Shown piece by piece: positions 42,928 through 51,451 of a stretch of DNA of 64,000 nucleotides. The notes under the pieces are model-generated. The model had not been told where the DNA came from and searched no databases. It saw nothing but the letters and a program-made list of their open reading frames with translations. The position numbers were made by a program, and so were the translations under genes. Origin of the DNA: Planctomycetota bacterium. Lineage in GTDB: Bacteria; Planctomycetota; UBA1135; UBA2386. Where the stretch lies: the NCBI GenBank assembly GCA_036376355.1, contig DASVAL010000017.1, forward strand, positions 7,800-71,799, given 5' to 3'. Each line of letters begins with the position of its first letter. The first letter of the stretch is position 1.

Positions 42928-44372
42928 ACCTCCGCACCATCTTCTCTGCCCTCTGCCTGGCCGCGTCGGGCCTCGCACAAGAACCGGCCACCCGCGACAC
43001 GGTGGGTCAGCTGTCGAGCACCGCGCAACTGGAGCTGACCAGGAGCATCGAAGAGCTCAACTCGCTGCGCGCACAGGTCGAGACCGAGAAGCTGCCGCTC
43101 GCGCAGGAGCTCACGGCGCTCGAAGAGAGACTGGCCCGGTTGCGGCGCGAGCACGATCACGTGACCCGCCTCGTCGACGAGGGCAACCTCGAGGTTGCCA
43201 ACCTCAAGACCGAGGCGAAGGCCCGCGAAGACGAGCTCGCCTACACGAACACGCTGCTCGACGAGTATGCGCGCGCCTTCGAGTCGAAGGTCGACGTCAG
43301 CGAGCTGCAGTACTGCGGGTCGGTGATCGACGCGGCGAAGCACGTCATGGAGAACACCGCCCTGTCGCACGCCCAGAAGGTCAGGGGACAGCTCGACCTC
43401 GTCACGGTCTCGATCAAGCGCGCGTTCGAGCTCATCGGCGGCATGCGCTTTCCGGGCATCGCCGTCGACCTGCAGGGCATCGTCGCCAGCGGCCAGTTCG
43501 CGCTGGTCGGCCCCGTTGCGCTGTTCCGCGCCGACACGGGTGCTTCGGGCCTCGTCGTGCCTCAAGCCGGATCCGCGCGGCCGCTCGTCCGTCCGCTCGA
43601 GGGCGAGATGCAGCAGGGTCTCGGCTCGCTCGTGCAGAGCGGTGCCGGCACGATGCCGCTCGATCCGTCGCTCGGCGGCGCGCTGAAGGCGCTGATCCAG
43701 CGCACCAACCTGATCCACATCTTCGAGAAGGGCGGCCCGATCATGTGGCCGCTGCTGTTCGCTTCGGTCCTGGCGCTCGGCTGCGTGCTCGAACGCCTGT
43801 TGTTCCTCGCGAACGAGCGCAGGAAGCGCAGCCGCAAGGCGCTCGACCAGCTGTTCGCCGAGGTCCAGCGCGGCCGGCTCGACAACGCGATCCGGATCGG
43901 CCGCGAGGCGAAGTTCTTCGTCGTGCGCGTCCTCGGCTACGCGCTCTCGCACCGCGAGCAGTCGCTGCCGAGTGCGCTGCTCTACGCGCAGGCGCAGGAG
44001 CTCAAGCGATGGAAGCGCGGCATCCCGATCCTCGACACGGTCATCACGCTGGCCCCGCTGCTCGGGCTGCTCGGCACCGTGACCGGCATGATGGGCTCGT
44101 TCTCGCTGATCGGCGGCGACCTCGGCGCGCCCGGCGCGATCACGGGCGGCATCGCCGAGGCGCTGATCGCGACCGCGTTCGGCCTCGGCATCGCGATCAC
44201 GGCGCTGCTGCCGTTCAACTACCTGAACAGCAAGCTCGACGACGCGAGCCACGAGATCGAGTCGGCCGGCACGCAGCTCGAGCTGCTGATGCAGGCGCGG
44301 CAGGCGCCGGCGCCGGCAGCTTCGCACGCCGATTCGGACGAGGGGTTCGAGCCGGCAGTCGCGGGGGCCTGA
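42924..44372 (+). CDS. exbB: Long MotA/TolQ/ExbB-family proton channel with an N-terminal periplasmic extension (TtpC-like)
   Basis: ATG overlaps the upstream stop (ATGA). It has a signal peptide and a coiled-coil N-domain. The C-terminal ExbB core is GPIMWPLL...LGLLGTVTGMM...ITGGIAEALIATAFGLGIAI. Confidence 0.85.
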   Translation: MNLRTIFSALCLAASGLAQEPATRDTVGQLSSTAQLELTRSIEELNSLRAQVETEKLPLAQELTALEERLARLRREHDHVTRLVDEGNLEVANLKTEAKAREDELAYTNTLLDEYARAFESKVDVSELQYCGSVIDAAKHVMENTALSHAQKVRGQLDLVTVSIKRAFELIGGMRFPGIAVDLQGIVASGQFALVGPVALFRADTGASGLVVPQAGSARPLVRPLEGEMQQGLGSLVQSGAGTMPLDPSLGGALKALIQRTNLIHIFEKGGPIMWPLLFASVLALGCVLERLLFLANERRKRSRKALDQLFAEVQRGRLDNAIRIGREAKFFVVRVLGYALSHREQSLPSALLYAQAQELKRWKRGIPILDTVITLAPLLGLLGTVTGMMGSFSLIGGDLGAPGAITGGIAEALIATAFGLGIAITALLPFNYLNSKLDDASHEIESAGTQLELLMQARQAPAPAASHADSDEGFEPAVAGA

Positions 44373-44410
44373 CCTCGCACGATCGCCCTCGAGACACACC
44401 ACGAGCAACC

Positions 44411-44830
44411 ATGCACAGCACAGCCAGGGCCGGAGTCAGACGGGCGCGCATCGAGATCATCCCGCTGATCGACATCATCTTCTTCCTGCTCGCGACCTTC
44501 ATCATGGTCTCGCTCTCGATGAGCAAGAACCAGGGTGTGCAGGTCGCGCTGCCCGCGGCCGCCAGTGCGACGTCGCTCGGCAACCAGCAGGAGCTCGACA
44601 AGGCCGTCACGCTGAGCGTGAACGGCAAGGGTGAGGTCTTCTACAACAAGGAGAAGATCGCGCTCGTGCAGCTGCCGCTGAAGCTGCAGGCGTTCAAGTC
44701 CACTTCGAAGGACCCGAGGGTCATCATCAACGGCGACGCCAACTCGGACTGGAAGCACCTGGTGCTGCTGCTCGACGAGGTGCGCAAGATCGGCATCGTC
44801 AAGGTCGGCATCAACACCGACAAGAAGTGA
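44411..44830 (+). CDS. exbD: ExbD/TolR-family biopolymer transport protein
   Basis: The TM segment IEIIPLIDIIFFLLATFIM is present. The periplasmic domain contains VIINGDANSDWKHLVLLLDEVRKIG. Confidence 0.9.
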   Translation: MHSTARAGVRRARIEIIPLIDIIFFLLATFIMVSLSMSKNQGVQVALPAAASATSLGNQQELDKAVTLSVNGKGEVFYNKEKIALVQLPLKLQAFKSTSKDPRVIINGDANSDWKHLVLLLDEVRKIGIVKVGINTDKK

Positions 44831-44831
44831 C

Positions 44832-45521
44832 ATGGGCAGGACCTTCCTCGGCATCCTGTGCGCGGTCGTGCTGCACGCGGCGTTCCTGCTGTTCGGCGGG
44901 CTGCTGCTGCCCGAGGCCACAGCGAGCCATGGCGAGCTGCAGGAGGTCGAGCTGGTCGCCCACGACGAGGTGAAGAAGGAGGAGCCGCCGCCGAGCGTGC
45001 CCGAGGTCGAAGCCAGGGCCGAGCAAGCGCCCGACGCCGAGGAGCTGATCTCCAACCTCGAGCAGCAACCAGCCGACGCGGCGCCCGCGCTCGACGCGGC
45101 GAGCCTCTCGGCGATCGGCGACGCGCTGCTCGGCCAGGGCGGCGGCGGCGACTTCGCGGCGGCCATGAGTTTCGCGTCGGGAGGCCGCATCGGCGGCACG
45201 GGCCGCGGTGGCGCGCTCGACGAGACGATGGTCCAGGCGTTCAGCCTCACGGACCTCGACCAGAAACCGCGCGCCGTGTTCCAGGCCGAGCCTCTGTTCC
45301 CGAAGGAGATGCGCGGCAAGAAGGTCGAGGGCGTCGTCGCCGTGATCTTCGTCGTCGATCCGGCCGGCAAGGTCGCCGAACCGCGCGTGCAGCAGTCGTC
45401 GCATCCCGCGTTCGACAAACCCGCCGTCGATGCCGTGCGGCAATGGAAGTTCGAGCCCGGCGTCAAGGCCGGCAAGCGTGTGCCGTGCAAGATGCGGGTC
45501 TCGATCCGGTTCCCGCAGTGA
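44832..45521 (+). CDS. tonB: TonB-family energy transducer
   Basis: It has an N-terminal TM, a Pro/Glu-rich linker (KKEEPPPSVPEVE) and a TonB C-terminal domain (PLFPKEMRGKKVEGVVAVIFVVDPAGKV...AVDAVRQWKFEPG). Confidence 0.85.
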   Translation: MGRTFLGILCAVVLHAAFLLFGGLLLPEATASHGELQEVELVAHDEVKKEEPPPSVPEVEARAEQAPDAEELISNLEQQPADAAPALDAASLSAIGDALLGQGGGGDFAAAMSFASGGRIGGTGRGGALDETMVQAFSLTDLDQKPRAVFQAEPLFPKEMRGKKVEGVVAVIFVVDPAGKVAEPRVQQSSHPAFDKPAVDAVRQWKFEPGVKAGKRVPCKMRVSIRFPQ

Positions 45522-45537
45522 GGTCCCGAAGAACGCC

Positions 45538-46920
45538 ATGACCCATCCCTCAGCCGCGAAGTCCCTCGCAGTCTGCCTCGCCCTCGTCGCGTCGGCCGCC
45601 GCTCGCGCGCAGTCCGTGCCGACGTCGGGCGAGCTCGACGGCATCTGGCGCGACGCGACGTTCCTGCGCCAGTTCGTGGCCGGCTACGGCGTCAACGCCG
45701 AGATCGAGCCGCGCGTGACGAAGGACGAGGTCGCCGTGCTCGAGAAGATCCGCCCGATGATGGCCGTGGACCTCGCGAAGGCCGAGACGGCGTTGAAGGG
45801 CGACATCACCCCAGAGAGCTCGGCGATGCTCGATTTCACGCTCGGCGGCATCCAGTTCCAGCAGGACCGCTTGCCCGAAGCGCTCGACAACCACCGCGTC
45901 GCGGTCGCGAAGTTCCCGAGCTTCCGCCGCGCCTGGCGCAACCTCGGCTTCATCCACGCGCGGCTCGGCAACCACGACGAGACGATCCGCTGCTTCACGA
46001 AGTTCGTCGAGCTCGGCGGCGGCGATGCCTACGCCTACGGCCTGCTCGGCTACGCGCACGCGCAGAAGCAGGACTACCAGCCGGCAGAGGCCGCGTTCCG
46101 CAGCGCGCTGCTGCTGCAGCCCGAGAACACGCAGTGGCGGCTCGGCCTCGTGCAGTGTGTGCTCAAGCAGCAGAAGTGGGAAGACGCCTCGGCACTGCTG
46201 CACGTGCTCGTCGCGCGTCACCCCGACAAGGCCGAGTTCTGGCTCTACCAGGCGCATGCCCTGATGGGCCTGAAGCAGCCGCTCAGGGCCGCCGAGAACC
46301 TCGAAGTCGTCGACCGCCTCGGCAAGTCGACGGTGGACAGCCTGTTCACGCTCGGCGACATCTACCTCACGGAAGGCCTGCCGCACCTCGCGGCGCCCGC
46401 GTACCAGCGCGCGATCCAGAAGGAGACCCGGCAGCCGATCGCGCGGCCGATGCGCGCCGCCGAGGGCCTCGCCGCGCGTGCTCTGTTGCCGCAGGCGCGG
46501 CTCGTCGCGGCCTGCATCCGCGAGCACATGGCGAAGAACCTCGACGCCGCCGACCAGCGCCGCTTGCTGAAGCTCGAAGCGCGGTTCTCGATGGCCGAAG
46601 GCGACGGCTCGCCCGAGGTCGTGGCGCGGCTCGACGAGATCGTGAAGCTCGATCCGCTCGACGGCGAGGCGCTGCTGCTGCTCGGCAAGCACTACGGCAA
46701 GAAGGCGGAACCCGACCGCGCGATCTTCTACTACGAACGCGCGGCGAGCATCGAGGCGTTCGAGGTCGAGGCGAAGGTGCGCCACGCGCAGGTGCTCGTC
46801 GGCCTGTCGCGTTACGCGGAGGCGCTGCCGCTGCTGCGGCGCGCGCAGCAGGTGAAGCCGCGAGAGGAGATCGCGAGGTACCTCGAGCAGGTCGAACGCG
46901 TCGCTCGCTCGCAGCGCTAG
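45538..46920 (+). CDS. Secreted TPR-repeat protein (TtpD-like position in the TonB cluster)
   Basis: It has a signal peptide (SLAVCLALVASAAARAQ) and multiple TPR-like units (AWRNLGFIHARLGNHDETIRCFTKFVELG and others). Confidence 0.75.
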   Translation: MTHPSAAKSLAVCLALVASAAARAQSVPTSGELDGIWRDATFLRQFVAGYGVNAEIEPRVTKDEVAVLEKIRPMMAVDLAKAETALKGDITPESSAMLDFTLGGIQFQQDRLPEALDNHRVAVAKFPSFRRAWRNLGFIHARLGNHDETIRCFTKFVELGGGDAYAYGLLGYAHAQKQDYQPAEAAFRSALLLQPENTQWRLGLVQCVLKQQKWEDASALLHVLVARHPDKAEFWLYQAHALMGLKQPLRAAENLEVVDRLGKSTVDSLFTLGDIYLTEGLPHLAAPAYQRAIQKETRQPIARPMRAAEGLAARALLPQARLVAACIREHMAKNLDAADQRRLLKLEARFSMAEGDGSPEVVARLDEIVKLDPLDGEALLLLGKHYGKKAEPDRAIFYYERAASIEAFEVEAKVRHAQVLVGLSRYAEALPLLRRAQQVKPREEIARYLEQVERVARSQR

Positions 46921-46991
46921 AACGACGGCGCGCCCTCGCTCGCGGCCGAGCACCAACGCAGGCGGCTCTGCCCCGCCGATCCGCCCGCTTC

Positions 46992-49064
46992 CTAGTAGCC
47001 CAGGACCGTGCTCAGACCGGGCGTGAACGCGATTCCGCCGGTGCCGAACGTGACCGCCTGCCAGCGGACGTCGATGCCGAACAACCCCGCGCCGGACGGC
47101 AAGGGCATCTCGAAGGCGGCCACGCCGTTGGCGGAGGCCAGCGCGAGCCCGATCGTCTCGGGTGCCTGCAGCAACAACGAGCAGGGCCCGATCGGTATGC
47201 TGGCGGGCGCCAGCGACGCGAGCAGGAACACGAAGCAGGAGGGCTCCGCGCGGTCGACGACGAGGCCGAAGTCGGTCGTGCCCGGCGTCGGCGAGCCGCT
47301 GGCATCGAGGCGCGGGACGACGGCCGTGCTGCAGCCAGCGCCGTACTCGGTCACGCTGGCGCCATGCGGCGACGCGACCCAGGTGTTGGCGCGGTCGAAC
47401 ACGACCAGCGTGTCGCCGAACGAGGCGCCGCTGAGGTAGCGGGCGGCCTGGAGGTGTGCCGGCATGGTCGCCGACCACAGCGTCCACGCCGTGCCGTTCC
47501 ATTCCTTGGTCGGGCCGGTGCCGTTCCACAGCATCACGCTGCCGCGAGCGCGGTGCTCGACCATGCGCAGCGTGAACCCCGTGGACACCGGCTGGCCGAG
47601 GTTGGTCCAGTCGGTGCCGTCCCAAGCCCAGGTCGGCTGCGAGAGCCCGCCGACGCCCCCGCACATGAGCACGCGGTTGCTGATCGGATCGAACGCCATC
47701 GTGTGGTTGTACCGCGGCGGCGGTCGATGCGCCGGCGAGGGCTGGCTCCAGTCCACGCCGTCCCACAGCCACGTGTCGTCGAACGTCGCCGAGTAGTTGT
47801 CGCCGCCGAACAGGACGACGACGTTGCGCGCGCGGTCGAACGCGATCGCGGCCCCCGACCGTGGCGACGGCGAGTTCGCCGGCGCGAGCTGCTGCCATGC
47901 ATTGCCGTCGAAGCGCCAGGTCCGCGACACGAGTCCGCTGTCGAAGCACCAGATCGCGCCGCGACCCGGATCACTGCACATGGCTTCGACGTTGGTCGGC
48001 GCCACGCTGCCGGGCGAGTGCGGGAACCAGTCGGCGCCGTTCCATCGCCACATCCGCGTACTGCTCGACACCGCACGCGTCGTCAGCAGCACGCCGCCGC
48101 CGACCGGATCCTCGGCCATCCCGACCGGATCGGCGAACGGTGGCCGGCGGTCGAACTGCACGCACTGCCAGTCCTGGCCGTCCCATTCCCACTCGTCGTT
48201 GTGGATCGCTCTCAGCTGGCCCAGGGCGTTGAAGCCCCATCCGCCCACCATGACGATCCGCTCGCGCACCGGGTCGAACGCCATCGCCTGGCGCTGGCGC
48301 GGTGCCGGCTGCTGCATCGGCGCGAGCTGCGTCCACTGCGCGCCGTCGTACTGCCAGGTGTCCTGCAGGTGTGCCCACGCATAGCCGCCGAACAGCAGCG
48401 CGCGCTGGCGCAGCGGGTCGTAGGCGAAGCCGAACTCACCGCGGCTCGGCGGCAGCACCGTGAACGTGAGCTGCCGCCAGGTGTGGCGGTCCCACTCCCA
48501 GCAGCTGCTGCCGGTGAACAGCACCAGGCGGTCGCGTGCCCCATCGTAGACCATCCCGCCGGACGAGGGCGGCGGCGGCCCGCCGCCGGCCTGCGACCAC
48601 TGGCTGCCGTCCCAGCTCAGCGTGCGCAGGAACGGATCGACCAACATCACGCGGCCGAGACCTTCGTGCCAGCAGGCCAGCAGCGTCGACGGCGCCTGGT
48701 TCAGCAGCAGCGTGCCGCGGTTGTTCCAGGCGACGCCGTCCCATTCCCAGGTCGTCAGCGTCTGAAACGTGAGCTGCAGGCCGACCAGTCGCCGCCGCGC
48801 CATGTCGGGAACCAGATGCAGGATCGCCGGCATCGCGTCGGTGCCGCTGCGCCACTTCGCGCCGATGCGGTGGAACATCTCGTGGCTCTGCCAGAGGACC
48901 GGACTCTGCATCAGCGCCGCCAGCCGGTCGGCCGTCGGGTCGAGGGCGAGCGCGCTCACCTGCGCGGGCAGCAGGTGTGGGGCGTGGCGTTGGTAGTCCT
49001 GGCCGGCGAGGCCGAGAGGCAATGCGACGGTCGCGACGAGAGACAGCAATGCTCGGGGGTGCAT
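46992..49064 (-). CDS. Secreted Kelch/galactose-oxidase-like beta-propeller repeat protein
   Basis: ATG at 49064 with GGAGGA upstream. It has a signal peptide. The units W.WDG..W... and ..PP.R....MA.D recur more than ten times. Confidence 0.8.
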   Translation of the reverse strand: MHPRALLSLVATVALPLGLAGQDYQRHAPHLLPAQVSALALDPTADRLAALMQSPVLWQSHEMFHRIGAKWRSGTDAMPAILHLVPDMARRRLVGLQLTFQTLTTWEWDGVAWNNRGTLLLNQAPSTLLACWHEGLGRVMLVDPFLRTLSWDGSQWSQAGGGPPPPSSGGMVYDGARDRLVLFTGSSCWEWDRHTWRQLTFTVLPPSRGEFGFAYDPLRQRALLFGGYAWAHLQDTWQYDGAQWTQLAPMQQPAPRQRQAMAFDPVRERIVMVGGWGFNALGQLRAIHNDEWEWDGQDWQCVQFDRRPPFADPVGMAEDPVGGGVLLTTRAVSSSTRMWRWNGADWFPHSPGSVAPTNVEAMCSDPGRGAIWCFDSGLVSRTWRFDGNAWQQLAPANSPSPRSGAAIAFDRARNVVVLFGGDNYSATFDDTWLWDGVDWSQPSPAHRPPPRYNHTMAFDPISNRVLMCGGVGGLSQPTWAWDGTDWTNLGQPVSTGFTLRMVEHRARGSVMLWNGTGPTKEWNGTAWTLWSATMPAHLQAARYLSGASFGDTLVVFDRANTWVASPHGASVTEYGAGCSTAVVPRLDASGSPTPGTTDFGLVVDRAEPSCFVFLLASLAPASIPIGPCSLLLQAPETIGLALASANGVAAFEMPLPSGAGLFGIDVRWQAVTFGTGGIAFTPGLSTVLGY

Positions 49065-49209
49065 GGCGGATCCTCCGCAGCGGGTTGGCTGTGCCGCGCA
49101 ACATACACGCAACGAGCCGGAGCGTGTCGATCGTGACCGCCGGCGTCGCTGCGGCGTTGGCCCGCCGTGTCGCCGCAGTGGTCGGCGACCTTGCGCGGGC
49201 TGCTCGGGG

Positions 49210-50028
49210 CTACTTGCCGTCGCCGCGTTTCTTCTCGGGCTCGCTGGCCGGTGGGGGCGCAACGTCGGGCTTCGCCTCGGTCGCTGGCTTGGCGATGGCC
49301 ACACGCACGAAGTCGTACAGCTTCATCGGCGGGTTTCGCATCGCGTCGTGCATCGCCTTCTCGCCGCCCCGTTCGTGCAACCGCGCGAAGAAGTCACGGC
49401 CGCGCACGAACTCCATATGCCCGTTGCGCGTGTACATCTTCGTGTTGTGATGGCCGTAGTTGGCGAGCGCGAACTCCTTCGCCGCGACCTGCTCTTCGAC
49501 CCACGTCGCGAAGCCTTCGGCCATCGAGCGCAGCACGAGCTTCTCGTCGGCGTTCTCTGCCGCCCGCATGCGCGATGCCAGCTGGAAGTGCTGTTGCTGC
49601 AAGACGTGCACGATCTCGTGCACGAGCCGCGCCTGGGCGTGGACGGCGGCGTCGTTCGGGCCCTTGCCGAGCAGGTAGGAGGTCAGAACGGGACCCAACA
49701 CGACTTCGTCGCGGTCGGGCAGGTAGAGCGCGAGGATGAACGCGACCGCCCGCGCGGGATCGCGGGCGCCGGGCATCTCCTCGCCGACGAGCTTCTCCCA
49801 CGACGCGTAGTCCGCGGCGCGCACTGCGGGAGCGCGCACGAACTTCAGTCCCGAGTACTTCTCGGCCAGCGGCTGCATCGCGGCGACGAGGTCTGCCAAC
49901 CGTTTCGCGTCGAACCACTCGTCGCCGGGGGCGACGATGGTCCACGGCTGCTTTGTTTCGGCGGGCTTCGGGGGCGCCTCTTGCGCAGCCAGGCAGGCGG
50001 CGACGAAGCAGACCGTGAAGACGCGCAT
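49210..50028 (-). CDS. Secreted putative zinc metallopeptidase (HExxH)
   Basis: It has a signal peptide (MRVFTVCFVAACLAAQ), the HEIVH motif and a Lys/Pro-rich tail. Confidence 0.6.
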   Translation of the reverse strand: MRVFTVCFVAACLAAQEAPPKPAETKQPWTIVAPGDEWFDAKRLADLVAAMQPLAEKYSGLKFVRAPAVRAADYASWEKLVGEEMPGARDPARAVAFILALYLPDRDEVVLGPVLTSYLLGKGPNDAAVHAQARLVHEIVHVLQQQHFQLASRMRAAENADEKLVLRSMAEGFATWVEEQVAAKEFALANYGHHNTKMYTRNGHMEFVRGRDFFARLHERGGEKAMHDAMRNPPMKLYDFVRVAIAKPATEAKPDVAPPPASEPEKKRGDGK

Positions 50029-50110
50029 TGACGCATTGTTCGAGCACCTGGCGCCACGTCAAGCGCGGCCGTCCGCCCGCGCTCACGCACGGGCTGATAT
50101 CCTGACGTTC

Positions 50111-50518
50111 ATGTTGCGACGGTTGAGCGTGCAGACGCGCGGTCGCGGGCTGCACGAGATCACGGCCGAGATCCGCGAAGCGGTTACCGCGAGCGCGCTG
50201 CGCCAGGGGCTCTGCACGGTCTTCGTGCAGCACACGAGCTGCAGCCTGCTGATCCAGGAGAACGCCGACCCGAGCGCCGCGCGCGATCTCGAGCGCTGGC
50301 TCGACCGCACGGTGCCGGACGGCGAAGCGTTCTACACGCACGTCGCCGAGGGACCCGACGACATGCCGTCGCACGTCAAGGCGATGCTGCTGCCGACCTC
50401 GCTGTCGATCCCCGTGCTCGACGCCGGCCTGATGCTGGGCCGCTGGCAGGGCATCTACCTGTTCGAGCACCGTCGCGCGGGCAGCCTGCGCCACGTCGTC
50501 GTCCAGGTCGGCGGTTGA
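50111..50518 (+). CDS. yjbQ: YjbQ/UPF0047 family protein (secondary thiamine-phosphate synthase-like)
   Basis: LHEIT, VFVQHTSCSLLIQENADP, HVKAMLL and GRWQGIYLFEHR match the family pattern. Confidence 0.8.
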   Translation: MLRRLSVQTRGRGLHEITAEIREAVTASALRQGLCTVFVQHTSCSLLIQENADPSAARDLERWLDRTVPDGEAFYTHVAEGPDDMPSHVKAMLLPTSLSIPVLDAGLMLGRWQGIYLFEHRRAGSLRHVVVQVGG

Positions 50519-50648
50519 GCACTGCGGATCCGAGGTGCGGCTTGACCCGTAGTCTCGAGCGGGACATGGTCGCCCACGTGGCGTTCGCGTCGTCGCGTCG
50601 TCGCGTCGGCAGCGCGGACTTCCCGAGCCCGACCCTCCCGCGCTCCCG

Positions 50649-51437
50649 ATGACCTCGCCGCCATCGACCGGTTCCCGCTGGCCGCTCGCGGTCGTCGTCG
50701 GCTCGTGCGTGCTCGCAGTCGTGCAAATGCGGGGAGCGATCCCCGGCTATGTGGAGTGGTACCTGTGGCTGCGCGAGCAGGGCGTCCCGAAACCGATCTG
50801 CGGACTCGATGCGCCGTTGCTGCTGCTGCTCGGTGCGTGGCTCGGCGCCCGCCTTGCCACCGGCCGTGGCCGTGTGTCGAGCGTGCTCGGGCTGGCGGGT
50901 TCTTGGCGCGAAGGGCTCGCGTTCGGCCTGCTCGCCGGCACTCCGATGTTGCTGCAAGGCTGGATCGGTCGCAGCGACGTCGACCTGTCGTCGTCGACCG
51001 CGCGCGCCATCGTCGCGATGCCGTTCGCAGAAGAAGTGTTCTTTCGCGGTCTCTTGGTCTTCATCCCGGTCGCCGTCGGCGGCTGCCGCTTCTGGACCAC
51101 GGCGATCCTGGCGGGCCTGTTGTTCGGCTCGTTGCACGTGCCGTGGGATCCGTCCATGCTGTCGTGGGGCGACTTCGCGGAGTTCGCCGTGGCCACTGCG
51201 GGCGGCATCTGGTACGCGTGGATCGGCCGGTGCTTCCGATGGAGCCTGTGGCCGACGATCGTGTTGCATGGCGCCATGAACGCGGCCTGGGTGATCTTCG
51301 GCATCGATGATACCGCCGCCGGTGGATTGTGGCCGAACGTCGGTCGCGGCCTCACGATCGCCGCCGGCACGGTGCTCGCCCTGAGGCACACGAAGAGGAC
51401 GCTTCGCGGCGAAGGGGGGCGCGGATCGTTATCGTGA
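50649..51437 (+). CDS. CPBP-family intramembrane metalloprotease (canonical motifs)
   Basis: AEEVFFRG (EExxxR), FGSLH (FxxxH) and HGAMNA (HxxxN) are present. The protein is polytopic. Confidence 0.8.
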   Translation: MTSPPSTGSRWPLAVVVGSCVLAVVQMRGAIPGYVEWYLWLREQGVPKPICGLDAPLLLLLGAWLGARLATGRGRVSSVLGLAGSWREGLAFGLLAGTPMLLQGWIGRSDVDLSSSTARAIVAMPFAEEVFFRGLLVFIPVAVGGCRFWTTAILAGLLFGSLHVPWDPSMLSWGDFAEFAVATAGGIWYAWIGRCFRWSLWPTIVLHGAMNAAWVIFGIDDTAAGGLWPNVGRGLTIAAGTVLALRHTKRTLRGEGGRGSLS

Positions 51438-51451
51438 CCGCGGAGGCTCCG

